Positions 30,677-40,357 of a DNA stretch of 64,000 nucleotides are shown piece by piece (the stretch's first letter is position 1; each line of letters starts with the position of its first letter). The notes beneath the pieces were generated by a model. It ran no database searches and was not told the origin of the DNA. It was given only the letters and a program-made list of their open reading frames with translations. The translations under genes were made by a program, and so were the position numbers. The DNA is from Candidatus Amesbacteria bacterium (GTDB taxonomy: Bacteria; Patescibacteriota; Microgenomatia; CAZETR01; Amesbacteraceae). The stretch spans positions 3,494 through 67,493 of the forward strand of contig DAHXMV010000002.1 in NCBI GenBank assembly GCA_027371535.1, in the 5' to 3' direction.

Positions 30677-31189
30677 TTATTTAAAGAGGTAGATGAGTTC
30701 ATATTTTCCATCGGTAGTGTCATAGGTAGCAAAAGAGGCAGGACCGGGTTTACCGGAGATGATACCACTAATGGAACCCGGATTTGCCAGTAAAGTCCGG
30801 CCCAAATGCTCTTCGGATGCCTGATGATTGTGACCGTGGAAAACAGCCTGATGCTGACCCGTTCCTGCCAGTAATCTGGCAATTTTTGGGTAGTGGCAAA
30901 AGGCAATTTTCTGATTGTCCAGGGAGATTTCCCCAAACTCCTCGCTTTTACCCCAAATTTCTACCTGATCCGGTTTAATCTGAGCGTAGATGGCGGATAA
31001 ATCGCCTTCATTGTTGCCAAAAACCAAATATACGTGCAAGCCGGATGCCAAGAGATGGGGAATTACAAACGGGGAAACCAAATCACCGCAAAAAATAAGC
31101 GACTGACAACCTAAATTTTTCACTTTTTCCAAGGCAGCATCCAGGTTATCAATGTGATCGTGAATATCAGAAAGAACAGCGATTTTCAT
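30677..31189 (-). CDS. metallophosphoesterase (YfcE/MJ0936 family)
   Basis: 170 aa. MKIAVLSDIHD, GD..., GNNE and HGHNH metal-binding motifs. Confidence 0.85.
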   Translation of the reverse strand: MKIAVLSDIHDHIDNLDAALEKVKNLGCQSLIFCGDLVSPFVIPHLLASGLHVYLVFGNNEGDLSAIYAQIKPDQVEIWGKSEEFGEISLDNQKIAFCHYPKIARLLAGTGQHQAVFHGHNHQASEEHLGRTLLANPGSISGIISGKPGPASFATYDTTDGKYELIYLFK

Positions 31190-31192
31190 AAA

Positions 31193-32239
31193 TTAATAAG
31201 TCGGAATAAATTGCTTAACATTGTCGATAGTAATATGGAATTCTTTGGCTTTGCCTTCGACCAAAAGTCGGGCCGCCCGACGGACAATGCCTTCAATGGT
31301 CCGTTCAAGAGTCCTGATACCGGCATCAAAACCCAAAGGCCGGGTAATTTTTGGCCAGACAGCGTCGTCAAAAGTAATGACGCCCGGAGGTATTGCGGCT
31401 TTATGAAGTTGGGCCGGAAGAATATATTCGCGAGCGATGTGAATTTTTTCCTCATCAGAATATGACGGCATAAGGATCGGCTCCAAACGGTCCATGACAG
31501 CGGTGCTGATATGGGTAGTATTATTGGCGGTAGCTACAAACAGACATTGAGACAGGTCAAAGGGATAATCAATATAATGGTCAACAAAGGAATTATTTTG
31601 AGCCGGATCTAAAAGTTCCACCAATACACCCATGATCTCACCGCGGGCATTTTCGGACACACGGTCAATTTCATCTAGGAGGATGACCGGATTTTTTACC
31701 CCGCCGCGGCGGATATTTTTAATGATCTGTCCCGGCTCGGCATCACCAAATACCCTGGCCTGACCGCGCAAATCCAGAGCCGAGCTCATGCCGCCGAAGG
31801 GGATTCTGATAAAATGCCGACCCAGTGCTTCGGCGATGCTGGCACTAATTGTGGTTTTACCCGTACCTACCAGACCGACCAGCAATAAAATCGGAGCGCG
31901 GAAACTACTCTGAGGGTTTCTTTTATTTAAAATCATCAAAGAAATATATTCCAGAAACCTGTCTTTTAAGGAATCCAGACCGAAATGGTTTTTATCCATA
32001 ACCTGTTTAACGTGCCCTAAATCCAAGATGTCCTGGGTAGACTGGTACCAAGGCAGACTGGTAATCCAGTTAATATAATGCTGAACCATTTCGAATTCGG
32101 CATTGTAACTGCCATATTTAGCCGCCCGGGCAAGGCGGTCGACCATTTCCTGGGCCTTTACTTTGAGCTCTTCGGGTAATCGGGTTTTATTTATCTGATC
32201 CTGAATGACCTGAATATCTGAGGTTAATTTATCATCCAC
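31193..32239 (-). CDS. Lon-type AAA+ ATPase module, standalone (no LON N-domain, no S16 protease domain)
   Basis: 348 aa. Aligns block-for-block with the Lon AAA+ region: HFGLDSLKDRFLEYIS, Walker A GLVGTGKTT, Walker B ILLDEIDR, LDPAQNNSF, sensor VATAN. It ends exactly where Lon's protease domain would begin. Confidence 0.75.
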   Translation of the reverse strand: MDDKLTSDIQVIQDQINKTRLPEELKVKAQEMVDRLARAAKYGSYNAEFEMVQHYINWITSLPWYQSTQDILDLGHVKQVMDKNHFGLDSLKDRFLEYISLMILNKRNPQSSFRAPILLLVGLVGTGKTTISASIAEALGRHFIRIPFGGMSSALDLRGQARVFGDAEPGQIIKNIRRGGVKNPVILLDEIDRVSENARGEIMGVLVELLDPAQNNSFVDHYIDYPFDLSQCLFVATANNTTHISTAVMDRLEPILMPSYSDEEKIHIAREYILPAQLHKAAIPPGVITFDDAVWPKITRPLGFDAGIRTLERTIEGIVRRAARLLVEGKAKEFHITIDNVKQFIPTY

Positions 32240-32271
32240 AAGTTTATGATAGCACAGAAGAATAAGGGGCT

Positions 32272-34491
32272 TTAGTAGCGGCGACGGCGGTCTCCCCTAT
32301 CGGGTCTCCTGGGGCCGTGGAAAGGATCCGGGCGGAGATTTCGGGGTCCGGGTTCACGAGGCGGAGTGACTTTGACTACCGGCTGGCCGTTATCATCAAA
32401 CAACATACTTAGGTTAATCCTTCCCTGAGAATCAATTTCAGTAACCCAGACTTTGACTACCTGGCCTTCGGAGACGATTTCGGAAGGATCTGAAACATAG
32501 CCCGTAGCCATCTGAGAAACATGAACCAGACCGTCTTTTCCTGGCAAAATATTCACGAAAGCTCCAAAAGGCTGGATTCTGGCTACAGTACCTTCATAAA
32601 TTTCTCCGGGCATAACTTCCTTACCAAGACCGGCTATCCAATTAATAGCCTTGGCAACTCCTTCGGGATTTGTACCGGATACAAAAACGCTACCGTCGTC
32701 TCTGACGTCAATAGTAGTGTCTGTATCGGCCATTAATTGCTTGATGTTTTTACCTCCGGGTCCGATCAACTCCCCGATTTTGTCGACGGGAATCTGGGTA
32801 GTACTTATCTGAGGGGCATACTGGGATAATTGAGTACGAGGCTGGCTGATAACTTTGTGCATAGCCTTAAGAATTTCTTCCCGGGCTTTTTTAGCCCTGG
32901 TTAAAGTTTCTTTACAAATTTCCATTGTTAATCCCGGAACTTTGACGTCCAGCTGGATAGCAGTTATACCTTTGGCAGTACCGGCTACTTTAAAATCCAT
33001 ATCACCGTGGTGATCTTCCATGCCGACAATATCGGTCAACAAAACAAAACCATCAGTTTTTTGGGGATATTCATCCGGAGTCACCAGACCAGTGGAAATC
33101 CCAGCCACCGGGGCCAAGATCGGCACTCCGGCATCCATTAAGGCTAAGGTGGAACCGCAGGTACTAGCCATGCTGCTGCTGCCATTGCTACTCATAATTT
33201 CGGATACCACACGAATGGCATAAGGAAAATCCTGCTCTGACGGAATAACCGGCAGCAAGCCTTTTTCAGCTAATGCACCATGGCCGATCTCGCGGCGGCT
33301 GGGAGTACCTAATCTACCGGTTTCACCAGTAGCAAACGGAGGAAAGTTATAATGGTGCATATATCGCTTGGTGTCTTCTCCTTCTGCAGACTCCAAAGAT
33401 TGGGATAAAGAAGGGGCACCTAAAGTGGCCACGGTGAGGGCTTGGGTCTGTCCGCGCTCAAAAATGGCCGAGCCGTGAACCCGGGGGAGAACCCCGACTT
33501 CGATATGCAAAGGCCTGATTTCATCTATTTTGCGGCCGTCCGGACGCTGACCTTTTTCCAAAATCGCTTGCCGGATAGTGTCATGCATGAGATCTTCTAC
33601 GATAGGGCTGACAAATGGCTGATCTTTTTCGTCAACACCCTGTGAAAGTTTATCTAACATTTCTGCCATATCGACACCTTCTTTGGTGGCGCTTTGGGCG
33701 ATATAGTCAGCAATCAGGTCTTTGGCTTTGACTTTAAGCTCTTTAACCAGGTCAGAAGGAGGAACTACCGGGATAGCTGCAACTTTGGAAACGCCGACCT
33801 CGGCGACGAGTTCATTAATCAGGGCAATGACCTTTTTATTTTCGTTCAAGCCCATTTCCATGCCCTGAAGCATGACGTCTTCGGGAATTTGTTTCCCGCC
33901 AGCCTCAAGCATCATGATCAATTTATCGGTGCTGGAAACTACCAGATCCAGATCTACACCGGCCTTGTGCCCATTCTTGGGATTAACTTCCAACTGACCG
34001 TCAACCAGGCCAACTCTGGTAGTGGACAGCGGCCCATTCCAGGGAACCGGGGAAATTGCCAAGGCTGCAGAAGCGGCAATGGAACCCAAAATATCCGGGT
34101 CGTTATCCATATCGATGGACAAAACCATAATGACTATCTGGACTTCCCGTTTATATGCATTAGGAAATAAGGGCCGGACCGATCTGTCAATAAGTCTGGC
34201 TGACAAGGTTTCCGCATCAGTAGCCCGACCTTCTCTTTTAACCCACCTGGAACCCTTAATACGGCCTCCGGAATACAGTCTTTCCTGATAATCAATTGAC
34301 AGGGGGAAATAATCCTTGCCGTGATCTTCTGAACCAAGAGTAACAGCAGCCAAAACCATTGTATCGCCATAGCGGGCCAAGATGCCGGAGTCTGCCTGTT
34401 TGGCAAAACGGCCAACCTCGAGTGACAAAGTCCGTCCGGCAACTTCGGTTGATTTAGTAATGATTTTCATTGTGAAAAGTTCCAGAAGCAA
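32272..34491 (-). CDS. pnp: polyribonucleotide nucleotidyltransferase (PNPase)
   Basis: 739 aa. Two RNase PH domains plus KH and S1. C-terminal Arg/Pro-rich tail. Confidence 0.96.
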   Translation of the reverse strand: MLLELFTMKIITKSTEVAGRTLSLEVGRFAKQADSGILARYGDTMVLAAVTLGSEDHGKDYFPLSIDYQERLYSGGRIKGSRWVKREGRATDAETLSARLIDRSVRPLFPNAYKREVQIVIMVLSIDMDNDPDILGSIAASAALAISPVPWNGPLSTTRVGLVDGQLEVNPKNGHKAGVDLDLVVSSTDKLIMMLEAGGKQIPEDVMLQGMEMGLNENKKVIALINELVAEVGVSKVAAIPVVPPSDLVKELKVKAKDLIADYIAQSATKEGVDMAEMLDKLSQGVDEKDQPFVSPIVEDLMHDTIRQAILEKGQRPDGRKIDEIRPLHIEVGVLPRVHGSAIFERGQTQALTVATLGAPSLSQSLESAEGEDTKRYMHHYNFPPFATGETGRLGTPSRREIGHGALAEKGLLPVIPSEQDFPYAIRVVSEIMSSNGSSSMASTCGSTLALMDAGVPILAPVAGISTGLVTPDEYPQKTDGFVLLTDIVGMEDHHGDMDFKVAGTAKGITAIQLDVKVPGLTMEICKETLTRAKKAREEILKAMHKVISQPRTQLSQYAPQISTTQIPVDKIGELIGPGGKNIKQLMADTDTTIDVRDDGSVFVSGTNPEGVAKAINWIAGLGKEVMPGEIYEGTVARIQPFGAFVNILPGKDGLVHVSQMATGYVSDPSEIVSEGQVVKVWVTEIDSQGRINLSMLFDDNGQPVVKVTPPREPGPRNLRPDPFHGPRRPDRGDRRRRY

Positions 34492-34560
34492 ATTTCTTAA
34501 GTTCTTTAATAGTTCTTAGAAGCTTCTTTTTATGCTTGTGGTATTTTAATTTATTTTAAA

Positions 34561-34830
34561 TTATTTGGAAAGGCCGAGTTTTTTAGATACATCCTTAAAC
34601 CGATCGGCATCTTTTTTCTGTAAATACGTCAGCAGCCGGCGACGCTTGGAAACCATGCTGATCAGACCCCGGCGGCTATGATTGTCTTTTTTGTGGACTT
34701 TCAAGTGCTCCGACAGCTTATTGATTTTTTCTGACAACAGGGCAATCTGAACTTCCGGACTGCCGGTATCACCCTTACCCTGGGCATACTTTTTGATGAT
34801 TTCTTTTTTAGCGGTGATATCTAGAGACAT
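34561..34830 (-). CDS. rpsO: 30S ribosomal protein S15
   Basis: 89 aa. [37 protein letters not shown] matches S15. Confidence 0.95.
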   Translation of the reverse strand: MSLDITAKKEIIKKYAQGKGDTGSPEVQIALLSEKINKLSEHLKVHKKDNHSRRGLISMVSKRRRLLTYLQKKDADRFKDVSKKLGLSK

Positions 34831-34934
34831 ATTTTTAGCATTAAAAATTTCAGAGATAAGGCGGTATTTGCGAGAGAAGAAAACCTTCCAAGCAACCGTT
34901 AATGTCTCCGAAGAGATTTATATTATAACACAAA

Positions 34935-35144
34935 TTAACCGGTCCGGCGTTCTTTATCCAGACATTTAAGGATCTTTGCACGGATATTATGAATCTTTAT
35001 TTTGAGGTACTCTGTCAATCCCAACTGAAAAAGCCCCAGAGGTTCTGAAACGTTTTCAGGCGAATCAAGCTCGACAGGTAAATCTTCCGCTGTGAAATTT
35101 CTGGAAGTAAAACGATCGTAACGATCGTGAGGTTTTTCATTCAT
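34935..35144 (-). CDS. small hypothetical protein
   Basis: 69-aa ORF between the DHH-like gene and rpsO. No family recognised. Confidence 0.3.
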   Translation of the reverse strand: MNEKPHDRYDRFTSRNFTAEDLPVELDSPENVSEPLGLFQLGLTEYLKIKIHNIRAKILKCLDKERRTG

Positions 35145-35147
35145 TTT

Positions 35148-36101
35148 TTATTGAAGCATGGGGCCTTTGTAGATTTTGGGTTCATACCAATCGGCAGGGG
35201 CGGTTTTTTTATCCTTGGTTTTTTTAGGTTCAGGCTGGAAGGTACTATCCGTACCATAACCGGTTTGACTGGCGGGTTTGGGAGGAGCCGGGGGCGGGAC
35301 GTCTGCGGGAACCGGGGGAGGTTGAGAAGCAGTGGGAATGGAACCAACCGGAAAATCACCTGCAGAAAGCGGTTGGTGACGCCTGGCACCTTTGCGCATT
35401 AAGACAGCGGCGGCTTCAAAAGTGGAAACGGAAACCAGAGCAGACTGAAAATTCCCGGTGGCTTTTTCCAATCCGGCAAACAGATTGGAGGCTGAATCGC
35501 CGTCAAGAGGCAGTCCCAGAGAATCTATCAGATGGGTGACCAACTCGCTTAAAGAAGAACTGTCGGTATCGTGGAACTGATGCAGAGTGTAGTTTTCCCC
35601 GGGAGTTTCGTGAGAGATAGAAACCAAGGTAGTATTCTGAAAATGTTCATTAGCATCGGTATAAATCTGACCCAATTCGGACAACTGATTAACATGCAAA
35701 AGGACCATCAAATCTGTCTTGGCGCTGCCAGAGATAAACTTAAGTTTTTGATGATCCAGTTCCGGAGAATCACTTTTTGGAGAAATAACCAGCTGTAACT
35801 CACCATTTTCCAGTTTATAACTGACTTTATCCACATGTTCAGTCTGTTCAGGAAAAGAAATAATCAGGTTACGGCTGCCGAAAACCGAAGAAACCGTATC
35901 GACACCCACCAAGCGGTTAAATTCCACCAACATGGGATCCGGACAAACGACTCTGACAGTCTTGCCGGTTGATTCCAAAGCCATTTTCAAGCCGAGGGCG
36001 GCAGCAACATCGTCGAAATTCGGCTGGCTTTTAATCAGGAGACTTATATGGCGGGCGGGGTCCAAAAGTGTCCTCAAATATGAGGTATCCAATCTTGACA
36101 T
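35148..36101 (-). CDS. DHH-family phosphoesterase-like protein (NrnA-like fold, degenerate DHH motif) with Pro-rich C-terminal tail
   Basis: 317 aa. Layout and local similarity to NrnA/DHH proteins, but the DHH position reads LHVNQ. C-terminal PPPVPADVPPPAPPKP tail. Confidence 0.5.
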   Translation of the reverse strand: MSRLDTSYLRTLLDPARHISLLIKSQPNFDDVAAALGLKMALESTGKTVRVVCPDPMLVEFNRLVGVDTVSSVFGSRNLIISFPEQTEHVDKVSYKLENGELQLVISPKSDSPELDHQKLKFISGSAKTDLMVLLHVNQLSELGQIYTDANEHFQNTTLVSISHETPGENYTLHQFHDTDSSSLSELVTHLIDSLGLPLDGDSASNLFAGLEKATGNFQSALVSVSTFEAAAVLMRKGARRHQPLSAGDFPVGSIPTASQPPPVPADVPPPAPPKPASQTGYGTDSTFQPEPKKTKDKKTAPADWYEPKIYKGPMLQ

Positions 36102-36102
36102 G

Positions 36103-37488
36103 TTAACCTATAGTCGCAATTATAGCGTCGCCGACTTTAAAGTCAACTGACGGAGATAAAACCAACCCGAATTCAGATCCCAGTTTGATATGATCAACCG
36201 GAGACTTGCCCAACCGGAGGGATTTGATACGGGATTCACCTATAAGTTTTTCACCCCGGGTAATTTTGACACGGGCGGATTTATCCAGCTGACCGGCAGT
36301 ACATTTACAACCCGCAACCCGCTCGGCGTTATTTTTAAACTCAGCCAAAACCTGAGCCTGGCCAACTACCGTTTCCATAGTCTTTGGAAGCAACAATTCG
36401 TCAACATATTCATATAGCTCATAAATGATAGAGAATGTTTTTACACGAACTTTTTCGGTTTGGGCAAGTTTGGCAATGCTGCCGGAAATTTTAAGATTAA
36501 ACCCCAAAATACCGGCACCGGAGGTGTGAGCTAACAAAATATCGTTCTCGATGATATCACCGGTCCCGGAAGAAATTACATTGACTTTATCCCGAATGCC
36601 TCCCAGTACAGCTTCCAATGATCCGGCGACGTCGGCTTTGACAATTAAATTCGGGAGGCTATCTGAAGTGGCAGCCAGTAATTGAGAACCGGATTTGACT
36701 ATCTGATTTACCGGCCGGTCAGAAACAGCTGACCCAACGTCTATAATTCTGTTTAAACCCAGGATTTCCGCGGGAGCAGAGGGACCAGCCAATTTGATTT
36801 GGAGACCGTCGGAATCGGTTAAAGCCTTTACCCGGCCCAAAGACGAATCCTGAAACAATTCCTGACCCACCCGGAGGGTACCGTTTTTGACCACTACGGT
36901 GGCCAATGGACCTTTCCTGGAATCCAAGCGACTTTCCAACACCATCAGATCCAGTTGCCCGCCGGAGTCAACCTGTGGCGGATTAAGACTGGCAACCAGG
37001 TTAATCATTTCCAGAAGTTCGGGCAGATTTTTTCCCGTCTTGGCGGAAACCGGTAAACAGGGAACTTCCCCGCCAAAATCTTCCACTATCACGTTCTCTT
37101 CGGTAAGTTGAGTTTTAACCCGGTCAGGATCAGCTGCGGAGAGATCGGATTTATTGAGAGCGACGATAAACGGCAGATGTGAGGCCTTAATAAACTCGAT
37201 GGACTGGCGGGTTTGGGGCTGGACACCATCATCGGCAGCGACCACCAAAACAGCAAGATCAGCGATCTGGCTGCCACGTTTGCGCATCCGGTCAAAGGCG
37301 GCATGACCCGGAGTATCAATAAAAGTCATCGGGCCATAGTCTTTAGTCAAAAGCTGAAAAGGGCGGATACTTTGGGTAATACCACCGGCCTCACGGGCGG
37401 CAACAGAAGTATGCCGCAGATAATCCAACAGGGTAGTTTTACCATGGTCAACGTGGCCCAAGATGACAATAATGGGAGGACGGTTCAT
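36103..37488 (-). CDS. infB: translation initiation factor IF-2 (short form, G domain + C-terminal domains)
   Basis: 461 aa. G1 [23 protein letters not shown]. Lacks the long N-terminal region of classical IF-2. Confidence 0.93.
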   Translation of the reverse strand: MNRPPIIVILGHVDHGKTTLLDYLRHTSVAAREAGGITQSIRPFQLLTKDYGPMTFIDTPGHAAFDRMRKRGSQIADLAVLVVAADDGVQPQTRQSIEFIKASHLPFIVALNKSDLSAADPDRVKTQLTEENVIVEDFGGEVPCLPVSAKTGKNLPELLEMINLVASLNPPQVDSGGQLDLMVLESRLDSRKGPLATVVVKNGTLRVGQELFQDSSLGRVKALTDSDGLQIKLAGPSAPAEILGLNRIIDVGSAVSDRPVNQIVKSGSQLLAATSDSLPNLIVKADVAGSLEAVLGGIRDKVNVISSGTGDIIENDILLAHTSGAGILGFNLKISGSIAKLAQTEKVRVKTFSIIYELYEYVDELLLPKTMETVVGQAQVLAEFKNNAERVAGCKCTAGQLDKSARVKITRGEKLIGESRIKSLRLGKSPVDHIKLGSEFGLVLSPSVDFKVGDAIIATIG

Positions 37489-37560
37489 AATTTAATTTCA
37501 AATCACAGATAACAGATCACAAATTACAAATACCGGAGAAGAAAAATACCAGACATAAAA

Positions 37561-38649
37561 TCAGGTTTGGTTTTGATCATCGGAACTTGTAATTTGATCG
37601 GCGGATTCGGCTTCCTTGTTCTCGGGTGTGCCTTTTTCGGGCACAATGTCGATATGAAAACCGGTAAGTTTGCCGGCCAATTTGGCATTCTGACCATCAC
37701 GGCCGATAGCCAGAGGCAACTGATCAGGGGTGATGGTCACGGTGGCAGTCTGGTTTTTAACGTTGATTCTGACCTGCATATCGGCAGCCGGGGCCAGGGC
37801 AGCGGAGATAAATTTATCCGGCTCCTCACTATATTGGACAATGTCGATTTTTTCGCCGTTTAATTCCCCGATGACAGCCTGAACACGGACCCCTTTCTGA
37901 CCGACACAAGAACCGACCGGGTCCACCCCAGACTGTTTTGAATAGACGGCAATTTTGGTACGGGATCCCGGATCACGGGCAATAACTTTGATTTCAACCG
38001 CCCCGGAATTGACTTCGGGAACTTCGCGCCTGAAGAGTTCCTGGATAAATTTATTGTCGGCGCGGGAAACCACGACTTCCTTGCCCCGCAGACCATCACG
38101 GATGCTCTGGAGTAAAAAGGTGAGCCGCTGATTTAAATGATAATTTTCGGTATGAATCTGTTCCGAAGGAGGTAAAACCGCCTCAGCCTTGCCGACATCC
38201 ACAATGATATCCTGACCTACAAAACGGATGATCATACCGCTGACCAGAGTTCCCATACGCTTTTCATATTCGGCGACGATAACGGACTTTTCGGCTTCAC
38301 GAATTTTCTGGAGAATGACCTGCTTGGCTGTCTGAGCGGCAATCCGGCCAAAACCGGGGGGGGTAATCTCGATTCTTTTGGCATCAGGCAAGGGCTTTAC
38401 CTTTGTAATACCGTCTATTTCGTAAACCTCACCCGCGGTTTCAAAAACTTTGGCTTCTCCCGTGCCCGGATCCAATTCGACATCATAAACATAATCTTCC
38501 TTGTATGACTGGGGGTAATCTTTTTTAAAAGCCGCCACAATAGCCTGCTTGATAGTGTCTATAACTATGGCAGGGTCAATATTGCGCTCATGCGCTACCT
38601 GAGCAAGAGCGGCAGAAAATTCTGATCTGGTAACCGGTGCTTTACGCAT
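37561..38649 (-). CDS. nusA: transcription termination/antitermination factor NusA
   Basis: 362 aa. NusA N-terminal domain, S1, and two KH domains. Immediately upstream of infB. Confidence 0.93.
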   Translation of the reverse strand: MRKAPVTRSEFSAALAQVAHERNIDPAIVIDTIKQAIVAAFKKDYPQSYKEDYVYDVELDPGTGEAKVFETAGEVYEIDGITKVKPLPDAKRIEITPPGFGRIAAQTAKQVILQKIREAEKSVIVAEYEKRMGTLVSGMIIRFVGQDIIVDVGKAEAVLPPSEQIHTENYHLNQRLTFLLQSIRDGLRGKEVVVSRADNKFIQELFRREVPEVNSGAVEIKVIARDPGSRTKIAVYSKQSGVDPVGSCVGQKGVRVQAVIGELNGEKIDIVQYSEEPDKFISAALAPAADMQVRINVKNQTATVTITPDQLPLAIGRDGQNAKLAGKLTGFHIDIVPEKGTPENKEAESADQITSSDDQNQT

Positions 38650-38666
38650 ATTATTTTGGTAAAGTC

Positions 38667-38692
38667 AAAAAAAGGCGGGAATCTTCCCACCT
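38667..38692 (-). terminator. hairpin + U7 (intrinsic terminator-like) 18 nt upstream of nusA start
   Basis: Plus strand reads aaaaaaa ggcgggaatcttcccacc. On the minus strand this is a stem ggtggga/ttcccgc followed by TTTTTTT. Confidence 0.45.
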
Positions 38693-38764
38693 CTTTTGTG
38701 ACTAACCCGTATTAATTATATCAGGATATCGGGAAATCCTCCAGCAGAAGCAGGTAGATTCAAA

Positions 38765-40324
38765 CTATTGTGTGGTAAAAATGACTGTTCCGAGGAAATT
38801 TTCAGGCAACCCCAGATCCCGACCTTTAAATATTATCAGAGTCTGATACTGGGCCAAATAAAACATTTTTGTATTTACCAAAGTCCCCTGGCTATTAAAT
38901 ATTGCAGCTTTTAAATTAAGGCTGCCTGCCGGGTTAAATAAATTAAAGGCACTGGAGGTTAACAGATTATTGTCCGTGAGAATCCCGTAAAATTCATTTC
39001 CTTTCCAGGAATCTGAAAAACCTGAATCCCCCATAATAAACTTAACAGAACTATTATTGGCCGGGTATGCGGCTGAATTTTCCAAAGCAGATATTTTCTG
39101 TAACGAGCCAGAAGCGCAAACTTTCAGGGAAAAGATTTTTCCTTGAAAAGCTTGGGCGAAACCATTCTGTAGGGGGGTCCCCAAATAATGTTTTTTAGAC
39201 TCACCAAAATCCAACGAAGTCAAACCTGTTGGATTACCAAAAATGCTATTGGGACTGGTCGTTGAATTTAAAGTGTAGCCAGAATAGGGGTTGACCCGGT
39301 TGTCGTAAAAGACAATCTGATATTGATTTGGTCCTTCGATATCGACGGGGTAGTTTCTTTGAATGTTTTGGATGGTGAATCCGGTAATTACACCATAGGC
39401 GTTATAAAAAACCGGCATTATTACCGAACACTGTGAAGTTTCAGTATCAGTGACGCCGGCGTATGACATAGTATCAAAATTAGTTAAAGTGGCCTGATAC
39501 GTACTTACCAGTTCACCAGGGCCTGCGAAAGAGCCGCCACGCCAGACGACTTCAGCTGTAAGTGTCCCAGCGTAACTTTGACCTATAACACTAGGGGCAT
39601 AAATATTGAGTGAAGTTTTAGGGGGAATATATATATCGGTGTTATTATTGATTAATAAAGGTGACAGCGAGGTTGTTTTATAATCATTCTTGAGATAAAT
39701 TCTAACTTTGATCGGATAATCCGCAATGTTCATAATTGAATGTCCAGTGTTGTAAACGTCATTCTTTCCGTCATTACTGGCGTAATTCACATAAAACTTG
39801 CTATTGGCGACTATGGTCCCAGCCAATTTGGCAGGTATCAGATGGAGGGCAGAAATATCGTTTGTACCCCGGCTGGTGGTCATATAACCGGCAATTGGTA
39901 AGGAGGCGGAGACTTCGACGGCATAATTGGTCGACGCAGCCAAGCCCGAGCCTGAAATTTTGGCAGTTTGGTGCGGGTTAAGTGTCTGGGTTGCGGAGGT
40001 TAATGGTTGACCATTAAACTTAGCTGTGACAGTTACGCTTTGGCTGTTAGGGTTAAACAAATAAATGGTGCTTTGATAACCGCTATAGTTGGAAACAAAC
40101 TGCGGGGCGTATAGCCTGGTATCCACCAGTTGGGAGGACAAGACTTTGGCCTGGCCGGATCCGGCCGATTGATTATTTATTTCTGCGACATAAAAACCGG
40201 AATAGTCTGCGTGAGATAATAAATATAAATGTTTGACGTACCTGAAAGCCCAGACTCCGGAAAATAATACCAAAATGACTACAAATAGGGAAATAAACTC
40301 CCTTAAAATAACATGAGATTTCAT
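38765..40324 (-). CDS. hypothetical secreted/membrane-anchored protein (AT-richer gene)
   Basis: 519 aa. N-terminal signal anchor LFVVILVLFSGVWAF, Asn/Ser/Thr/Tyr-rich beta-type composition. Visibly lower GC than neighbours. Confidence 0.6.
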   Translation of the reverse strand: MKSHVILREFISLFVVILVLFSGVWAFRYVKHLYLLSHADYSGFYVAEINNQSAGSGQAKVLSSQLVDTRLYAPQFVSNYSGYQSTIYLFNPNSQSVTVTAKFNGQPLTSATQTLNPHQTAKISGSGLAASTNYAVEVSASLPIAGYMTTSRGTNDISALHLIPAKLAGTIVANSKFYVNYASNDGKNDVYNTGHSIMNIADYPIKVRIYLKNDYKTTSLSPLLINNNTDIYIPPKTSLNIYAPSVIGQSYAGTLTAEVVWRGGSFAGPGELVSTYQATLTNFDTMSYAGVTDTETSQCSVIMPVFYNAYGVITGFTIQNIQRNYPVDIEGPNQYQIVFYDNRVNPYSGYTLNSTTSPNSIFGNPTGLTSLDFGESKKHYLGTPLQNGFAQAFQGKIFSLKVCASGSLQKISALENSAAYPANNSSVKFIMGDSGFSDSWKGNEFYGILTDNNLLTSSAFNLFNPAGSLNLKAAIFNSQGTLVNTKMFYLAQYQTLIIFKGRDLGLPENFLGTVIFTTQ

Positions 40325-40357
40325 TTAGATAATACTAAATTTTAAATTATACGTTTG

